Both the position numbers and the translations under genes were made by a program. A model generated the notes under the pieces. It did not search any database, was not told where the DNA came from, and was given only the letters and a program-made list of their open reading frames with translations. DNA of 64,000 nt from NCBI RefSeq assembly GCF_963853765.1, contig NC_088854.1, positions 59,396,001-59,460,000 on the forward strand. The letters run 5' to 3'. This stretch comes from Magallana gigas (Eukaryota). Below, piece by piece: positions 1 through 11,306 of this stretch (the stretch's first letter is position 1; every line of letters starts with the position of its first letter).

Positions 1-388
1 CCGTTCGTGAATTGAATGCTTTGATATGTATTAATCCATATCAGTGTGCCATTTTTTCACCCATTTGTCATATCTAGCATTTTTTAAATATATACTGTAT
101 GCTTGATTAGTTGCATATGTTTTTAATTTTAATACTTTCCCTATATCGGAAAAATAAAGTTTTTTTTTAAATATACATGTAATTATATTGAGTTGCATTA
201 TATTGTAAACACATTTTTTTAGAAGGATGTGAATCGCTGCGTGAACTGGTGGGTTTCTTGTATAAAAACTTATTGCTTACGTACATATATTTTCATTATT
301 GGACTATATATTTCAAGATTGTCTCAATGATTTTTTTAGAGTATGTATTGAATATGTAGATGTATAAACAGAGTAAAACTAATGTTTG

Positions 389-391
<3 letters not shown>

Positions 392-455
<64 letters not shown>
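392..455. repeat. (TC)n microsatellite, about 32 units
   Basis: Uninterrupted TC dinucleotide run read directly. Confidence 0.97.
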
Positions 456-460
<5 letters not shown>

Positions 461-1599
461 CTATGAAACAAAAAGCTGGTCACATGAAAATGTAGCTGCA
501 GGTCTGTAGGTTCCGGCCTGAAAAAAAAATTGGGATTGACGTCCCAGGTCCTCCGTTGATTTTGTTCAGACCGAGAGCTACAGTGTCTAGTACAGACGTG
601 CAGCTAATCAAAATGGTAATTTGCTGATGTATAAATGGGATGTTAGAAATGTTTGAATTTGGTCTTAGAGGAAAGTTGAGTTCTTTGCGCAGATGAAACT
701 TTTATGAATAACAAGTCATGAAGTGACATACTAATTTATTCATCTGAATTCATGCTAAGACATTGGAGTAAATTACTAGTATGCAAATGAGGATACACAT
801 CGTGACCACTTATCACTATTAAAAACAGTTTATGCATCATCGATTTACAATTATATCTAATGATTTACACAATGGATATATGATTACAGGTCGGAGATTC
901 CAATTTAGACAAAATTTAGGCCGCATTACAGTGCTTATTAAAGATCCGATTATGCAGTGGTCAAGTTTTCTTACGCATGAAGGCAATACAGATTTCTTCA
1001 TATGTTACGAAAAGTTTGATAAACGTTTTGTTTAATCAGTCTCTAATTTTAAGGATTCCGATTTTGAAAGCTTAAGCATAATAATTGCCTTTTTTCAAAA
1101 TTTATAAATGAAAAAAACTCGTCTTTTTTTCTTCTAACATGTATTCATTTATATTGTTTTATAGACAACTTTTAATCCTTTTACACAAATCTCGTGTCCG
1201 TACCGTGTCTTTAACATAAAATCACAGACATTTCCTGACAACAATGGATGTGAGACAATCTACACCCTATAGTTTATTTCTGATTGTTGTCAATGATCTT
1301 CCTGATTATCTACACTCGGCTGATGCAGATCCTGTGTCTATATAACAGTATATAAACTCGGTATGCTAAGCCTAATTCGAAGATCCCTAAAAAGACCCGA
1401 AACCAAGATTGAAAACCAGAGTTTCCATTTTGTTTCATTTAGCCTAAGTCTTCAGCTGCAGTGTATCGTAATCCGGTGTAAAATTTAATACAAGATCTTT
1501 ATTTAGATGAATAATAAAAATGGGGGAAAAAATCGTACCTATTATTGAAAAAAATCTACACTTCGTAAAATATTGGAGCTTTCTCGATGAATTGTTCTT

Positions 1600-2110
1600 A
1601 TCGGAACCGGCGGGGCTAGGGGAGGGGGGGGGGGGGGCTTAGCCTCCCCCTCCACCTGTTTTGCAAAGTTAGACCTAACCATTAGGCTACTAGCATCATA
1701 AAGGGTTCAGCCCCCCACTTTTTCTCGCAGGAAACATAATTGTTCTTAAATTTTCCTTGAAGAGATTGAAATATGTTGGAGTCTAGGTATAGGTATACTA
1801 AAGGTATAACACCCCCCCCCCCCAGTGGATTAAGGATTAGGATTTTCATGATTTTGGGAATAAGGTTTTGTCAAGATTTCTGAGGATTAGTTTAGCCCCC
1901 CCCCCCCCCCACTTTCAATTTGCTTCCGACGCCACTGCTTATAGTAGAAATATTATAGGTGGTCGGAGCCATAGGGGGGGGGGCGCTTTTGCAAAGTTAG
2001 ACATAACCATAACCAAACCTTTGGGTTTTTTTTTTTGCTTGTCAATAATTTTGATAAATCTAGCCCCCCCCCCCCCCACGCCTTCAATCAATTTGTTTCC
2101 GACGCCACTG
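1600..2110. mobile_element. Poly-G/poly-C MITE-like non-autonomous DNA transposon remnants (one near-complete copy plus a second partial copy)
   Basis: Two right ends reading ...TTCCGACGCCACTG (ending 1937 and 2110), each preceded by TAGCCCCC.. tracts. TTTTGCAAAGTTAGAC(C/A)TAACCAT occurs twice (about 1659 and 1987). The left end TCGGAACCGG..GGGGCTAG is truncated. The ORFs here are low-complexity artefacts. Confidence 0.6.
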
Positions 2111-2245
2111 AATTTAAATCCCACGAAATTCAGATCGCGGAATGCCCCACTCAACCGAATTCCATTAGGTGACTGCGACAGGAAAGTTTTACAATTTTAA
2201 TCAATATTGGCCTCCGTACATTTGCTCTCGCGCGCCACCTATTTT

Positions 2246-2255
2246 CCAAATAAGG
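2246..2255 (+). promoter_or_regulatory. CArG box (SRF site) CCAAATAAGG upstream of the transgelin-like gene
   Basis: Perfect CC(A/T)6GG about 175 bp upstream of the putative 5'UTR exon donor at 2429, in a CpG-enriched patch (CGCGCGCC). Vertebrate SM22/transgelin promoters are known to be CArG-driven. Confidence 0.45.
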
Positions 2256-2369
2256 AAATGTTACTCTGTTGGGACACTACGCATTGACGCTGTTCATTGA
2301 CCAACTGCTGAGTAATACACTACCAAAGTACTGATTAATCGTCACAGCTTATTGGTACTAACGGAGCAC

Positions 2370-2429
2370 AGCAGTCTCACGGATCACTTGCTTTGGTTAC
2401 CTGCTTTACCTGAGACAGGTGTGAAACAG
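2370..2429 (+). other. Putative non-coding 5'UTR exon of the transgelin-like gene (5' end uncertain)
   Basis: Strong donor CAG|GTAAGA at 2429/2430. The first coding exon has an acceptor (TTTCAG|ACGCCATGG) only 5 nt before its ATG, so an upstream exon is required. Confidence 0.5.
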
Positions 2430-5095
2430 GTAAGACACTTTTGCAGTGCATACCGGCGTATTCAAGGCCGGATTTAGGTGGTTTTGCACATGCGATTTTT
2501 TGTAGCTGTGCGCTTATTTTTGAATTTTTATAAGCAATAGTTCTTTTTTCAAATAGGCCATTTTGAAATTTTTGTATCGTTTATGGACCCTATCACGCCA
2601 TGTGTTGTAATCTGCTACCTGGGAATGTGTGGAATGTGTCACGCCGTAGTGCCGCATTCTCCCTTCTCTACAAATATGAACTATACATGTACACGGACGA
2701 CCGTTACGTCAAGTGGCAGCATCAGAGATATATATCAATATCTGATTTCCAAGGACAGCATTGTCAACTTTTTAGGAAATGTTTTTATTTACTTTTTAGC
2801 ATGTCATCAAGACATGTCCTGTTGGATAATTCTTGTGTCACCAGAAAGGTGATTTTGGGCTTGACTATCCCCGGCGGTGTATAGACATGTCTGCAGGACA
2901 TACTAAAATCAGGAAGAAACTGTTAAACGGCCACCCATAAACAGATTATACTATTCACTAACAAAATAAAGGCCATGATGATTTTGTTTAAAGTTCTCTT
3001 CAAGCTTTGTTGATATTTGTGTCATAAAACCTTAGCTGGGTACACAGATTGTTCTGTCACACCCTTTTGACCCCTGCTTTATCATTTGTTATGATACTCA
3101 TAGATGCAGACATTGTTTTGAAATGCGAAAATGTGTAAGTTAGCTAATTACCAACATAATAAAATGAAAACGTTTTAAATGTTAGGGAAGTTTTTCCATG
3201 GCCTGGCCATGAAATATGTAAATTATATTTCTTTGTTGTTTAAGTAGATTGATATTAATTGTCTTTTTATTATTTCCTGTCCAGGTTACATAAGGAACAC
3301 ATTTTACAGAAAAATGATAAAATTCAACAGGTCAATGACTGGTAGCTATTAACCCTGCTCCCCTTCTCTTCTTCAAAACTTTTGTATGTGTGTCATTGTT
3401 ATACAGAATTTAAAGTGTGTAGTAAGAAAAAGCCATTTAAAACAACAATGGTTATTTGACTGTTTATCCGGCTACAGACAAGCACCTGACAGTAGTGTAG
3501 AACTGATTCAGTTTCCTGTGGACTGTAGTACCACTCCACTATGCACCTCCACAGTCACAAAGTTAGAATCTCCACAGCTTGTAAGATTGTCAAGAATGGA
3601 AGGACATTTTACCGTCTATATACAAGTGTTGTGTTTTCAGATTAAAGCAAATACTTGATCCATTATATAAGGGACTCTAACTGCTAACACAGCTCTACTA
3701 CTGTGTGGAGAGTGAGGGGCCATAGGGACTTTCAGTGGTGGAGATAAAGCTTTAAATGATTGATAAATAGCCGCATTATTATGCAACTAATCTGGCTTCA
3801 TACCAATTTCGCCATGATTGTTAATTTGCTTAGGTAATAAATGACTCCCGGTCTGATTTCAGTGTGGTGTAACACACTGTTCTCCATAGGAATCTCAAAC
3901 TACTGCAGATCCTTACATAGCACTTGTATGAATTGTAATAAAACAGTCATCAGTCTGTACCTCTGTCAGGGACCTGCATAGTACACACGCAGCTAGTACC
4001 TGCACTTGTAGTCCCTTTTTATGTGAATGAAAGAGAAGCCAGGGGGCACCTGTTGCAGCTAGTTTATCTGGTTGCTTCATGGATTGCTTATGTGTCTTGT
4101 GGTCTCAGATTACCATGAATCTGAATGAAGACTTTATTTCTCATGGTGTCACCTGAGACTGAAGAAGATATATGTTCTTTCATGCACTACTTGTTGTCTT
4201 TATCAGGCACTGACCTCTCATACCCCGTCAAGTGAAACGTGTATATTAATACACCATAGCACAGCTAATGAACATTGTACATGTAGAAGGAGAGGGGAGA
4301 GAATAAAAGTACATGTATTTTATCTGAGTTTTTGAGTTTTGGTGCCCTTTAAATAAATAAAGGTGTATATGTTTGTATACATAATACATGAAAGCAGAGA
4401 TATATCATTAACAGGAAGGAATAAAGAGGACTGAAGAGTTACAACTTCTTATGGTGTCTCTGTAAAATCTGTCCACATAAAACATGTACACAGTAACATC
4501 ACTAATAAACAGAGATAATAAGGAAGGAGGAGAGAATTGGTTTACAGCTGGTATCATCTGAGATTTTTAATTACCTTTCAAAAGATGCATTTCAAACTTT
4601 TACACTGTAACTAATGAACGTAAAGCAGGAAAGAGGATAGAAGAGTATATATGTATTATTGGGTATATATGTATATCATTCTCTGAGTATTTGAATTTAC
4701 CAATGTAAGTGCTCCTTCAAAAAAATGCATGGTGAACAAACATATACATAATGCAGACAGCTAATAAGCACAAAGAAGGAAAGAGGAGAACCATGCACAT
4801 TAATTAATATTTTAAAAGCAACAGGGTATTTATTTGTTATTGCACCATTCAAAATTGTATTTTACATCACAGGAAAGATGAGAGAAGCATACCGGTACAT
4901 GTATCTCCATATCATTGGCTAAATTAATTCCTCTTTAACAATTAGACTAAGCATAAAAACTTGTGCATTAGATAAAAAAACCCACACAAGTATATCTTCA
5001 AACAATATATAAGGTACATGTATTTGATACTGCTTTAAAAAAGGACTGCATCTTGTTACACAATATTCATGATTTTTATTTTCATTTCAGACGCC

Positions 5096-8076
5096 ATGGC
5101 TCATAGGCCCCACGCCTTTGGATTGACTGGCGAAGTCCAGAGAAAGGTGAGAAAAGTCACAAAACTTCAACCCTCTGTTGAAAAAATACTGTACCGTCTC
5201 AGATTTCAAGATAGTGTCACCTAGCTATTGTCAGTGTTATAAAGGCTCTTTTTATAAACCTAGGTCATTTCCTCCTTCCTTATGACTTCGGTTGGATCCT
5301 CTGAAAAATTTTCTTGTCAGGAGGATGTTTTTCTCTCATGCCTCTTAGTTTATTTACGCATGTGCCCTTGCTTCTGTAAAAATAAAGGGAATTAAATATA
5401 AATGACATGTTTATTCATGACAGGACATCACAACATGGAAATAAACATTTTTGCAGAATTATTCATGCCTACAGAATTGTTTATTTGGCTTCAGTTACAC
5501 ATAAAGAATCGGACTCCAGAGCTTGCTTTTGTTGATAATTAAATAGATTGACATTTAAATTCAGTCATGCTTTTATACAAAATTTATACATTTGTACCAA
5601 AATTTCCTGTCTTTTCAAATCTTTATACTGATCATTTAAGAACCTTTTTGTAAAAATTGAACAACTAGTTCCTGCTGATTTAAGAAACTTTTCCTGAAGG
5701 CAATATTCAAAGGCCCATTTATGTTTTGACCCTGCAGACCTTCCGTATACAGCTATATTAATTTTGATATCCTCTCGCAATGACATCTTGTGTAACTTGG
5801 ATTTGTTATTTGATCTTCAAATACTCATATATCAATTTTAGAAACAGTTGAAGATTTTGTTTGAGTTGGCCGTTGATACTTATACAAGAGGGATTTTAGA
5901 GCTTTTAAGTTGAAAGGTCACCAAGTTTATGGCAAAGACTGAGATCTGAAGCACCCCTCATCTTTTTTCTGTTTTATGAATGAGTTATGGATGGTAGGTG
6001 ATCAGATCAAAGGTTTGTTGATCAGGTGATCCTCTCTCCTATCTGTCAGTCATACATTTAAAACAGTACATTATGTATTGCAAAGAGGGAGTAGCCAAGG
6101 GAAGTAAATGCAATTTGGAGTTATGTATCATTGCATAAAAAAGCATACAGAAATAGTTCCTAAACGTTTTCATTTCTTAATAAATGTTAATCAAAGCTAT
6201 TGAAATAATCCAAAGAGACATCAGTGAATAAATGCAATTTGCAGTGTCATTGCTTATGAAAAGGGGCACAAATGGTTCTTTGAGTTACCGGTAATGTGGT
6301 ATGGGACATCTGTCGATATTAATGTGAATTAAAAGTACATTACAATTAAAATACTTTTAACAGTTTAGAGTTTTCAAATTTTACAATATTTAACCAAAAA
6401 AATATGTTAAAAATCTATTTGGAAAGGTAAAAATTTTAAAAACCCCAGCAGGATTCGAACTCATGACTTACAGATTCATAGTGAACAATCCAACCCACAG
6501 CGCTACACTGTTAGGTGACAATTTTGGGAAAGAAACTATTTATAAAGTTACACTTCATTTTATTGCTTATTTCTATAAATAGTACGTCACATTATGGAAG
6601 TGTCCCTTACCTCCTTAATAATTATCAACTTCAAACTAATTTTAGATCAAAGGAAAGTACAGTGAAGAACTGGAACAGGGTGCTCGGACATGGATAGAGG
6701 CGGTCCTAGAAATCGAACTAGTGCCTGTAAGTACTTGATAGCTTCATGAATAACAATTCATTGTTATAATGGATATATATGTGCATTATATCATCTGATC
6801 TTGTCTTTTAGGGAGCGGATCCAAATACTCCACTTGGAGAACGGGCGTTTCAGGAGTCTCTGAAGAATGGAGTAGTTCTATGCAAGTGAGTTGACTTAGC
6901 ATTGCTTCATTAGTACATCTTGCTTCACCCTTTTACTGTCGTTGGTTTCTCCTGTATACAATAAAAATTATACAGAACTGTAGATTCCATTAATATACAT
7001 GACATTGTGGATTTAAAATCCACTTAATATGATGATAATAAGCTCTCTTTATTGAGTCTAAAATCTCCCGTGTATCATTTTTTGTAATTGTATAATTCAT
7101 GGAATTATTGCAAAAGTTCAGCACTTGGATGTAACGTTCTCGCAATTTGATACAAATTGGCAAAATCATGGAATTAAGTACATGTATTTGCATAATGATC
7201 AGAATCTATAGTATAACAAGTCAAAGGATTAGAGACAAATACTGTAGTTTCCTTATTTTACGCGAGTACTTAATTCCGCGATTGAACGATTTTCCAACAA
7301 ACCGCGAGAACATAAAATCGTGATTGCCGAAATTTTATCATAGTTTCATGTAATTTACATATATCCGAAAATTAAAAGCAAGATTTTAAAATTCGCGAGA
7401 TGTGCTTCTCGCGATTTTACGCGGATATTAATTCCTCGCGTTTAATTAGGAATTTACAGTATTCAAACTCATAAACTAAAGAAACTTTGATATTCATGAT
7501 GATCAATTAGTATTTTTTGATTGCAGTTTAATGAATACGATAAAACCTGGTTCTATTAAGAAGATTAACCAGAACAATATGGCCTTCAAAATGATGGAGA
7601 ACATCGAGAACTTCCTGAAGGCGGCAGAAAACTATGGCTGTAAAAAAATAGACATCTTCCAAGTCGTGGACTTGTATGAGCGCCAAAATATGACACAAGT
7701 AGTGAATGGAATTTATGCATTAGGACGAGTTGTAAGTCTTGGTACATTCCAAAGTGAACAAAAATTGGAAATTGGTTTTTACTACATGATTATTTTAACT
7801 AATTTATCCTTAATAACAAACAGCAAAATTAATTCATGCAGTAATATTTTTATGTTGTAAAATCATTTTTTTAAAAAAATCCTTTATTTTCAGACACAAA
7901 AGAATGGTTTTATGGGTCCCTCATTAGGGCCCAAAGAAGCGGATTCAAATCCTAGGAATTTCGATGAGGATGTATTAAAAGCGGGTCAGACTGTAATTGG
8001 GTTACAAGCGGGGTCAAATCGGGGGGCATCTCAGAGTGGGATGAACTTTGGTAAAACACGATCCATTTTAGACTGA
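5096..8076 (+). CDS. Transgelin/myophilin-like protein (calponin-homology domain plus one calponin repeat), 197 aa, complete
   Basis: Exons 5096-5146, 6646-6726, 6812-6885, 7527-7731, 7894-8076. All are GT-AG with consistent phases, 594 nt in total. Translation MAHRPHAFGLTGEVQRK IKGKYSEELEQGARTWIEAV...SLKNGVVLCNLMNTIKPGSIKKIN...FKMMENIENFL...DIFQVVDLYE...IGLQAGSNRGASQSGMNFGKTRSILD* matches the transgelin/myophilin pattern. Good Kozak context GCCATGG. Candidate polyA signals at 8380 (AATAAA) and 8898 (ATTAAA). Confidence 0.95.
6292..6618 (-). mobile_element. Non-autonomous TIR element (TTAA-flanked, Kolobok-like) with an internal tRNA-like Pol III core
   Basis: The right end read on the - strand is TTAAGGAGGTAAGGGACACTTCC; the left end is TAATGTGGTATGGGACATCTG (imperfect TIRs). 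The - strand carries box A TAGCGCTGTGG (6495-6505) and box B GAGTTCGAATCC (6451-6462). Confidence 0.6.
7240..7461. mobile_element. TA-flanked MITE (TA|CTGT...ACAG|TA), about 220 bp
   Basis: Imperfect 25-bp TIRs CTGTAGTTTCCTTATTTTACGCGAG / CTCGCGTTTAATTAGGAATTTACAG. A decayed copy in the opposite orientation lies at 36145-36354. Confidence 0.8.
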
Positions 8077-10255
8077 TTGCTCCACCTCTGTATTGTGTGA
8101 ATTGTGAGATCCACCTCGGCATTCTACCAGCCATTGCTAGTGCCATCAGAAGTCAATCAAACAACCATAAGTTCAGTATTAGCAAAGCCCTCCCCCCTCT
8201 CTAGCTGACTTGATATTAAATGAAGGGGGAGTAAAAAGGAAAAGAGCAATGGTTCACAAATGAACATTCTGCAAAAACTGAGTTTCTCTTCCAAGTAGTA
8301 TATTCTTTAGGTAGTAGTGACAAGGTGTATTGTTATACCCTTCATGTATCCAGTTTGTGTTGAACTTTTACTCTCCCAAAATAAATCTCTGAGCTTAAAA
8401 GATCTGTTTTAAATTCAGTCATAATATTTTAAGTCAAATACACAATATAAATTTGGAGAGTTTAAGAATTTGATAGCACCTGTTTATATTTACGCAAGCA
8501 TTTATATATGCATTTAACATGTATTTCTCTTTATATGTGTTTTGTTTAAATGTTCCTTAAGTTCAATGTGAATTGATTTTCCTATGAATACATTGATTTA
8601 TGTAAATGAAAAGCCAGAATGTGTGGTTTGACTTTCATTTAAATTTTCTATTTTTATACATCTTCTGTAAGTCAATGAAATAGAACAAATGCCATGTTGT
8701 GATTGGAATCTGAACTTTGTGCATGGTCACCATCTAGTATGAGCTGACATGCTTATACAGCCAACCTGAACACACGGAAGCTACCTAGGTACTTACCTGT
8801 CAAGTACTGTAGCCCTCTGTCTCTGTATCATCCGTTTCTTTGTTACACGATATTATTTTGTTTGTGATATATAGAACATGTATCTCCATATATTATTATT
8901 AAATTGATCATTTTACTACAATTTGTTGGTTGTTATTTTTAACAAGTATAGTTAAACAGTTCCTTAATACCTGGTAGGCAGAATGCACTGTTAACTAACG
9001 GTAATTCAGTACAGAACACATTTAATTTAAAATCGCACCCAAATATTTAAAATATAATTACCGTCTAATGTTGAGAGACGTTGAGACCCTAGTAAATATC
9101 ATACAAACAATAACGTCGATTTACGTGAATAGATTCAGAAAGGTGGGATGTAAACATAAACAATAGAATACTTATATTGTGGTTCATACATACATTGTAG
9201 ATAGCGATTAGTGCGAAAATTTCATTTTTTTCTGCTTTATTTATATTTTTCTGCAATGCTGGCTAATTAATTTTATACACGCCCAAAGCACCAGAAGGCA
9301 TTTTGATAAGCTAAGCCATCTTTGAATTAAGGCATCAATACCGCTTTCGGAGCATTCCTCCTCTAAGTTTTCGTTAGAAGAAACGATTGAGAAATCTTAA
9401 ATATATATATGCAATTATTATACATGTATATGTAACTGGCTAACTGTAAACAGGGACCAAGATATAGAGTGATCAACGTTTTCTTAGCTTTGGGTAAAGT
9501 GCATATTGAACTGTTTGTGAAATTGCTGCCGTTTTCGTGTTTATCATGGCGATATATACCGGTAGCCCTTATAGTATATACACTTTTCATTATTTTTTTT
9601 TAATGTAAAATTTAACCAGCTGTTAAGCCAAATACATGTCTACTGCTTATTAGCCATTTTATCCAACTAATGATCCTACGGTTAATTAATGGATGGTCTT
9701 AATACAGCTTACATTAATTTCATTACTCACATTGTAACATAATACAGGGCTGTATATGACATCCACTGGAGTAAGCGTATATTGTGCAGCTGGATAGATG
9801 ATAATGCAATTACCAATGCAATTACAGCTTAGCGATGTTAACGAATATACAATACGTCGCACTTTTCGTAGTAACAACCTTTCGAAATCCATTTAAGAAT
9901 GGTACATTGAGGTCTGCCTAACAGTCCGATTTAATCACACAATGATATAAATCTTTTCTATGTTGATTGTTCCAAAAAGGAAGTGTGATTTAAAATAGAA
10001 TGTTTGAAGAAATTCAAAAGCGAGGGGGTTACATTTTCACGACTTTTCGTAAAAATATATACATTTGTTTCCGCAAAAAAGGTGTTACTACATTTCCATA
10101 TATAACGATAGATCAGAAGCTAGAGATGTACCTTAACATTACGTTTTTGCAATTTACCTGTGTAATAAAACCCCATCCCCCGGGGAAAAAATTCTGGACC
10201 AAAATCACATATCTGACAACACCAACAATGTTCACAGCTAAAGTAACTAGCAAGA

Positions 10256-10342
10256 CAATCTAATTAAAATTAGACTTGTAATTCCGCTCCTCTACGATAC
10301 GTTATACAAGTATAGCGTAGAAGTCTAATTTTAATTAGATTG
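10256..10342. mobile_element. 87-bp foldback mini-element with a 9-bp target-site duplication
   Basis: 22-bp perfect TIRs CAATCTAATTAAAATTAGACTT. Flanked by the direct repeat CTAGCAAGA (10247-10255 and 10343-10351). Confidence 0.85.
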
Positions 10343-11172
10343 CTAGCAAGAGTGAGAAACTTCTGGACCTATTCTGGAATGATCTTGTTACAAAAGAAAA
10401 TATTTTCGACGTCAGGTACCCGTGTGCTTGTAATATTGTTAATTTTTGCTCCCGAAACCAAAGTTATAGACAGAACGGTATGTTTTTTTCTGAAATAGAA
10501 TTAAAAGTTAAAAACCAATGGTGGTAAAACACAAAAAAATTAAAACCAATTTGCAATGACCCAGTGATGTAAAGGTGATAAATAAATTAATGATTATTTC
10601 TTAATTTAGGCCGATGATATAACTATGTAAATCATTTATTTATTTATTCATTTATTTTTTGCGAATTGTGAAGAATATAAGAACATTTCCTACTTGTTTG
10701 TACTGTTTTAAACAAGGGCACAAATACTAAATAAGCTCAATGTGACGACATTAACGCGGGGGTGTTTTTTTTAATATTACGTCACAATGTAAATTTTAGA
10801 GTGATGTCACAATGATCATGAACTGCGGGGGTGTTTATTTGTAATGGCGTCTGTGTATTATGGGGGAAATCCATCCTTATGATAGATTAAAGCAGTAAAG
10901 CTGTATGTTATGAGCAGATCTCCAAGGTTTGTCAGATGAGGTTCAACATGTTCAAACATTCAAAACAATCTTCATGTATTTATATATAGACACTCAGAGC
11001 TGCGATAATGTATAGACCTCGCCTTTTTTTTGGCTCCAGAAAATGTAGGATAAAAATATCGGAGAAATTACATTATTGCGGTTATATTACTCTTCTCATA
11101 GCACGTTAAATCCCCGTCGTTTTAAAATTCGCTCTATATAACTAATTTATCACGTGTTCTTCAGAGATCCAA

Positions 11173-11193
11173 CGGAAGTAAAACAACGGAAGT
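11173..11193 (+). promoter_or_regulatory. Tandem ETS/GABP-type motifs (CGGAAGT x2) upstream of the WD40 gene's first ATG
   Basis: AACGGAAGTA is repeated 14 bp apart, about 120 bp upstream of ATG 11307. Confidence 0.35.
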
Positions 11194-11306
11194 ACAATCA
11201 AAATCCATGGACGCCGTTGTTTGATAGTGGAGTTTATATCAGCGAGAGTGAAGACGGTCTGATCGAGAGTCTGTCAGAGGGATTTCTCCACAAATTAATT
11301 CTGATA

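Noticed and set aside
1868-2200. Pro/Gly-rich ORFs
   Set aside because: Translation of poly-C/G tracts in MITE remnants.
6444-6515. Possible tRNA gene (also 34060-34125)
   Set aside because: A and B boxes are present, but I cannot fold a complete cloverleaf and both are embedded in repeat sequence. Treated as tRNA-derived TE parts.
11154-11306. Upstream extension of the ORF-track 185-aa ORF
   Set aside because: It starts at GTG. The first in-frame ATG is 11307, and the frame beyond 11660 is intron.
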